Of a DNA stretch of 64,000 nt, positions 59,977-64,000 are shown piece by piece. This stretch comes from Clostridia bacterium. Lineage in GTDB: Bacteria; Bacillota; Clostridia; Christensenellales; CAG-138. Positions within the stretch are counted from its first letter, which is position 1. Every line of letters begins with the position of its first letter. The notes below the pieces were generated by a model. That model was not told the DNA's origin and did no database searches. It saw only the letters and a program-made list of their open reading frames with translations. A program made the translations under genes and the position numbers. The stretch is taken from positions 41,889-105,888 of the forward strand of contig JAFWMS010000033.1 in assembly GCA_017545535.1 (NCBI GenBank), written 5' to 3'.

Positions 59977-60010
59977 GAAGAGACCGGGAATGTTCCCGGT
60001 CTCTTTTCTG
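59977..60010 (+). terminator. rho-independent terminator
   Basis: GAAGAGACCGGGA-atgt-TCCCGGTCTCTTT plus TCTGTT. Confidence 0.8.
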
Positions 60011-60021
60011 TTATATCCGTT

Positions 60022-61479
60022 TTATTTGATCTTTTTCCGCTTCAGCAGGAAGAACACGAACAGGCCGCCCATCAGGGCCAGAGGAGAGAGGACGTACCAA
60101 AGGAGCTGCGGTTGGCCCTGGGAGGGGGGCGTCTCAGGTTCTGACGAGATCTCCTGCACGGGGGCCGCGGTCTCGCCGGGAGAGGGCAGGGGGCGCGTCT
60201 CCACGGTCAACACGGGCTCAGGCGTGGGGGTGGGGTCCGGCTCCAGGCCGTATTGGAACACCAGCGGCAGGGAGAAGAGGAGCCTGTCCTCGAAGAAATA
60301 GGAGACTTCGCCTGCCGGTTCCCCGGCTTTGACAGGCACGGAGACTTCCAGCAGGGACACCTCCGTGCGGAGCTTCTTGCCTGTCTGAAGGGCCAGTCGG
60401 GCGGGCAGATACACGGACACGGCGGCGTCGATGTCCGCCACGGTGACGGGGAGGGGCACCTGTTCGTCGCCCTTTTGGACGGTGGCCGGGAACTCCGTTT
60501 CCAATCCCTCGCCCGCCAGGGTGCGCACGTTCACGATGGGGAAAAGGTAGGAGTATCCGTACTCAAAGAGGGCCTTCGCTTCCAAAAAGCGGTTGGCGAT
60601 GATCTTGTCGTATTTGGTGCCCTTGGTGCCGGATGTGGGGACCTTGTCCCCTAAAAGCACACAGACCAGGGTGACTCCGCTGTACCGGGCCATGGCCATA
60701 TAGGTGCGGCCCGCCGCGTTGGTGCTGCCCGTCTTGCCGCCGATGCACCAGGTGTACAGGGCGGAGACCTTCTTATAGTCCCCGGGCCGCGGCTCGTTCA
60801 CCAGCCGGTCGATGTTTCGCACGCTGACGGTCCGCTTGCTGGTCTGTTCCGTAAGGGTGTAGTTTGGCGTCATCAAGATCTCGCACAGGGCATCGTTTTG
60901 GGCTGCAGCGGCCCCGAGCCGGGACAGATCCCGGGCGGTGGTGTACATGTCGTCGTCGTGGAGACCTGAAGCGTTCGTAAAGTGACTGTCGGTCATGCCC
61001 AGCTCCCGGGCCTTGGCATTCATCAGCTCGGCGAATCCTTCCTCCGTGCCGCCCACCTGTTCGGCCACGGCCCGGGCGGCGTCGTTGCCGGAGGGGAGGA
61101 GCATGCCGTACATCAGGTCCCCCAGCCGGTAGACCTCGCCCTCCTTCACGCCGATCTTGGTGTTGGCGCTGGCCAGGTCCACGTCGTGGGCGGAGATGGT
61201 CACCAAGTCCTCCATGTTGCCCTTCTCCAGAGCGACCAGAGCAGTCATGATCTTGGTGATGCTGGCGGGGTAGGCCTTCTCGTCTGCGTTCTTTTCAAGA
61301 CCGTCCACGCTTTTCGTAGGGTCGTTGCCGTAGGCCAGGATCACGTTTCTTTCCGGAAAGGTTGACAGATCCGGTCGATCCACGGCGAAGCTCGTCGGCA
61401 CCGAAACGACAAGCGCCGTCATCACGGCCATCAGGGCCGCCAGACGGCGCAAATGGATTCTTATGGAAGCTTGGCTCAT
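60022..61479 (-). CDS. D-alanyl-D-alanine carboxypeptidase (PBP5/DacB-type serine peptidase S11) with C-terminal TM anchor
   Basis: SITKIMT (SxxK), SGND (SxN) and KTGST (KTG) motifs. Signal sequence. C-terminal LWYVLSPLALMGGLFVFFLL anchor. Confidence 0.85.
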   Translation of the reverse strand: MSQASIRIHLRRLAALMAVMTALVVSVPTSFAVDRPDLSTFPERNVILAYGNDPTKSVDGLEKNADEKAYPASITKIMTALVALEKGNMEDLVTISAHDVDLASANTKIGVKEGEVYRLGDLMYGMLLPSGNDAARAVAEQVGGTEEGFAELMNAKARELGMTDSHFTNASGLHDDDMYTTARDLSRLGAAAAQNDALCEILMTPNYTLTEQTSKRTVSVRNIDRLVNEPRPGDYKKVSALYTWCIGGKTGSTNAAGRTYMAMARYSGVTLVCVLLGDKVPTSGTKGTKYDKIIANRFLEAKALFEYGYSYLFPIVNVRTLAGEGLETEFPATVQKGDEQVPLPVTVADIDAAVSVYLPARLALQTGKKLRTEVSLLEVSVPVKAGEPAGEVSYFFEDRLLFSLPLVFQYGLEPDPTPTPEPVLTVETRPLPSPGETAAPVQEISSEPETPPSQGQPQLLWYVLSPLALMGGLFVFFLLKRKKIK

Positions 61480-63056
61480 GTTCTATCCCGCTCGGCGGCC
61501 CGCTGCCGAGCGATCCGCTGCTGCTGCATCTTTCTGCGGCGGCGGGCAGCGGCCCTGGCCTTGCGGCGGCGTTCCCGACGGATACGCACCACGATCATGA
61601 AGGCGGCGAAGGCCACGACCATCAGCACAACCAGCACGATGGCCACGATCAGGATGATTCGCTTGGCATTGCTCTCCTTTACCGGTTCGCCGGAGAGAGT
61701 GGAGGCGGTGCCCATAAGGGTGACGGCTCCGGCAGAAACCTGGGGCTGAGGCTGCTCGCTGCTGACGGCGGGCTCGTTGCTCAAGATCCCCTCCTTCACG
61801 TCCCGGTCGGCGTACAGGTTGGAGGTGAACAGGATGGAGTTGCCCACCTTATATTCCACGGTACCCACCACGTCCCCGCTGTTGATGGGGGCCACCAGGG
61901 TGCCGATCTTGGTTTCGGCCATGGTGGTCACCACCTCCTTCAGCTGTTCCATGAAGGGCGTCATGAGCTGCATCTGCTGGTTGACGTCCAGCCGGGGGGA
62001 TACGGTGAGCTGTCCGTTCTCCGGGTCGTTCTTGGAGGCGTTCTGCACCTGGACGGGGAAGGACACGGGCATGCCCATGTCGATGAGCTCCTGTACGGTG
62101 ATGATCTGAGACATCTGCTTGAAGCCGTAATCGAACAGGGCGATGGCGTCCTCAAACCGCTGGGCGTTGTACGGGTCCTTGGTCTTGGCGTTCATGTTGG
62201 CAGAGCGCGCCAGGTAGTCCGGATCGTCCAGGGTCCCGCCCAAAAGCACGGCGATGAGGGTCACGCCGCCCCGGGTCGCCGCGGCGATGAAGCACTTGCC
62301 CGCCAGGTTGGTATCCCCGGTCTTCACGCCGATGGCATCGGGATACAGGCAGGAAATGGGGGTGTAGGTACCGTCAGATTCCGCATCGATCAGCAGCCGG
62401 TTGGTGTTCTGCAGGGAGATGGCGGTGGTGCCGCTGGTGTCGGTGCAGGTGTAGGTGGTGGTGCTGACGATCTGGCGGAAGGTCTCGTTCTGCAGCGCCC
62501 AGGCCGTCAAAAGGGCCATATCCCGGGCAGTGGAATAATTTTTGCCGCTGTCGTCCTTGCCGTGGACAGTGGTGAAGTGGGAGTGGGTCATGCCCAGCTC
62601 CTGAGCCTTCTCGTTCATGAGCTTTGCGAAGGCCTTGGTGGATCCGGCCAGATGCTCGGCGATGGCAATGGCCGCATCATTCCCGGAGGGGAGCATGAGA
62701 CCGTAGAGGAGATCCCGGATTCGCCAGGTCTGCCCGGCTTCCAGCCCCATGAGGGAATTATACTGCTTGCGGAAGTTCACCGCCGCCTCAGACACGGTAG
62801 CCTCCTCCTCCAGACGTCCCGATTCGATGGCCAGCATGCAGGTGAGGATCTTGATGGTGCTGCCGGTGGAGCATTGCTCGTCGGCGTTCTTTTCGATGCC
62901 GTACAGAGCGGTGGTGGGATCGTCCGCATTGACCAAAATGACGTACCGCTCCCGCAGGGTGCTCATATCGAACCCGTCCGCATGGGCGGAGGGGGCGGGC
63001 ACCAACAGGATGAGGATCAGGAGCGACAGAAGGAAGGCGACAGCGCGTTTATACAT
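61476..63056 (-). CDS. D-alanyl-D-alanine carboxypeptidase paralogue with TM anchor and very basic cytoplasmic tail
   Basis: STIKILT, SGND and KTGDT motifs. ATGA overlap with the downstream paralogue. C-terminal RIRRERRRKARAAARRRRKMQQQRIARQRAAERDRT. Start at 63056 (MYKRAV), with 63071 as an alternative. Confidence 0.85.
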   Translation of the reverse strand: MYKRAVAFLLSLLILILLVPAPSAHADGFDMSTLRERYVILVNADDPTTALYGIEKNADEQCSTGSTIKILTCMLAIESGRLEEEATVSEAAVNFRKQYNSLMGLEAGQTWRIRDLLYGLMLPSGNDAAIAIAEHLAGSTKAFAKLMNEKAQELGMTHSHFTTVHGKDDSGKNYSTARDMALLTAWALQNETFRQIVSTTTYTCTDTSGTTAISLQNTNRLLIDAESDGTYTPISCLYPDAIGVKTGDTNLAGKCFIAAATRGGVTLIAVLLGGTLDDPDYLARSANMNAKTKDPYNAQRFEDAIALFDYGFKQMSQIITVQELIDMGMPVSFPVQVQNASKNDPENGQLTVSPRLDVNQQMQLMTPFMEQLKEVVTTMAETKIGTLVAPINSGDVVGTVEYKVGNSILFTSNLYADRDVKEGILSNEPAVSSEQPQPQVSAGAVTLMGTASTLSGEPVKESNAKRIILIVAIVLVVLMVVAFAAFMIVVRIRRERRRKARAAARRRRKMQQQRIARQRAAERDRT

Positions 63057-63164
63057 ATATATACACCTCATGGGTTAAAAACATGTAGTAAGTTTACCCC
63101 CGGCACCCTATGGCTGTCAATGGCACAGAGGGCAAACTTTTGTGCCGGAAAAATGAACATTTTA

Positions 63165-63650
63165 TTATCGGACGCCGGGAGCGTTGTCCGCGTTGACGAA
63201 TCGGACATGAAGATCGCCTCCATCTGTCACGATCAGGGCACAGCTATCGGCTGAACCGCCCCGAGGACGAGAGAGGGAGCCCGGGTTCAGCAGGAGCCTT
63301 GGCCCGTTGGCGCTAAGATCGGGCATGTGGGTGTGGCCGTAGAGGACCATGTCCGCATGGACCTCCCCGCCCCGATACAGCAGGGCGTCCGAGAAATAGT
63401 ACTGGTGGCCGTGCAGCAGCAAAAATCGTTTTCCGTCCAGATCCACCGTCAGCTCTAAGGGCGCGTCCGAACGATAGTCGCAGTTCCCTCGAACGGCATA
63501 CACGGGGCAGGCAAAGAGCTTGGCAAGCTTTTCCCCATCGGCGGCGTAGTCCCCCAAATGAAAGATACAATCGAGGGGCGTGAGCCGGTCGTAGAACCGC
63601 TTGGCGGGGGAGACGTCCCCATGGCTATCGGAGAAGACGCCGATCCTCAT
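63165..63650 (-). CDS. YfcE/MJ0936-family metallophosphoesterase
   Basis: MRIGVFSDSHGD, HLGD, GNCD, GHTH motifs. 161 aa. Confidence 0.85.
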   Translation of the reverse strand: MRIGVFSDSHGDVSPAKRFYDRLTPLDCIFHLGDYAADGEKLAKLFACPVYAVRGNCDYRSDAPLELTVDLDGKRFLLLHGHQYYFSDALLYRGGEVHADMVLYGHTHMPDLSANGPRLLLNPGSLSRPRGGSADSCALIVTDGGDLHVRFVNADNAPGVR

Positions 63651-64000
63651 CGGCTCGCCGCCTCGGCATCCAGGGCCTTGCGCAGGGCATCCAGGGATGC
63701 CCGCCGGTGGCTGACGCTGTTCTTCTCCTCGGCGCTGAGCTCCGCAAAGGCCTTGCCGAGGGGCGGGTAGTAGAAATAGGGGTCGTAGCCGAAGCCGTTC
63801 TCTCCGGCGGGGGCTCGGAGAAGAAGCCCCTCCGCCTTGCCCTCCACCACCAGCACTGGCCGTCCTCTGCGGGCCAGAGCCACCGCACTGACAAAGCGGC
63901 AGGTACGCTTTTCGTCGGGCACGTCCTTCATGTCCTCCATGAGCTTGGCGTTATTGGCTCTGTCGTCGTGGCCCTCTCCGGCATAGCGGGCGGAGTATAC
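63647..64000 (-). CDS. rdgB: RdgB/HAM1 non-canonical purine NTP pyrophosphatase, 5' end beyond window
   Basis: The frame stays open to the window edge (…VYSARYAGEGHDDRANNAKLMEDM…). C-terminal FGYDPYFY, SAEEKNSVSHR motifs. ATGA overlap with the phosphoesterase gene. Confidence 0.85.
   Translation of the reverse strand, partial: VYSARYAGEGHDDRANNAKLMEDMKDVPDEKRTCRFVSAVALARRGRPVLVVEGKAEGLLLRAPAGENGFGYDPYFYYPPLGKAFAELSAEEKNSVSHRRASLDALRKALDAEAASR

Overview
High-GC Firmicutes/Clostridia-type chromosome segment. Spot counts give about 65% G+C in core genes. It has spoIID, an SLH-domain wall protein and several near-consensus sigma-A promoters (TTGACA-17-TATAAT). All family assignments below come from motif recognition in the translated ORFs, since no database search was possible.

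Most of the window is housekeeping. It holds a dnaD-like/dnaC-like/rsmI operon, spoIID, carD, the rpmH-rnpA-yidD-yidC-jag-mnmE block, cca, dgt-dnaG-rpoD, tRNA-Thr(CGT) and tRNA-Pro(CGG). It also holds an ornithine carbamoyltransferase/P5C dehydrogenase/ornithine aminotransferase operon, serC-serA, two tandem DD-carboxypeptidases, and a rdgB/yfcE-like pair.

The main accessory block is at 44.9-57.9 kb. It is a divergent pair of operons carrying the YgeY/YgeW/YgfK/SsnA marker set of the selenium-dependent molybdenum hydroxylase (anaerobic purine/urate catabolism) neighbourhood. With them sit an XdhD-like fused 2Fe-2S/molybdopterin subunit, a poly-ferredoxin and two unusual fold-type II PLP enzymes. 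The ssnA-side leader carries a terminator-like attenuator.

Other points worth follow-up:
- Two tandem 221-bp units next to tRNA-Pro, each seeded by a copy of the tRNA 3' end, just upstream of a Cys/His-repeat SLH protein.
- Two ECF sigma modules with ECF-type promoters. One has a 45-codon coupled ORF plus a cytoplasmic 408-aa repeat protein; the other has a 676-aa membrane partner.
- A 0.5-kb low-GC orphan membrane-protein gene coupled to a zinc-ribbon gene, directly after mnmE.
- A tightly packed M48/DNPH1-like/CotH/MGMT-like operon.

No CRISPR array, transposase, integrase or prophage gene was recognised.
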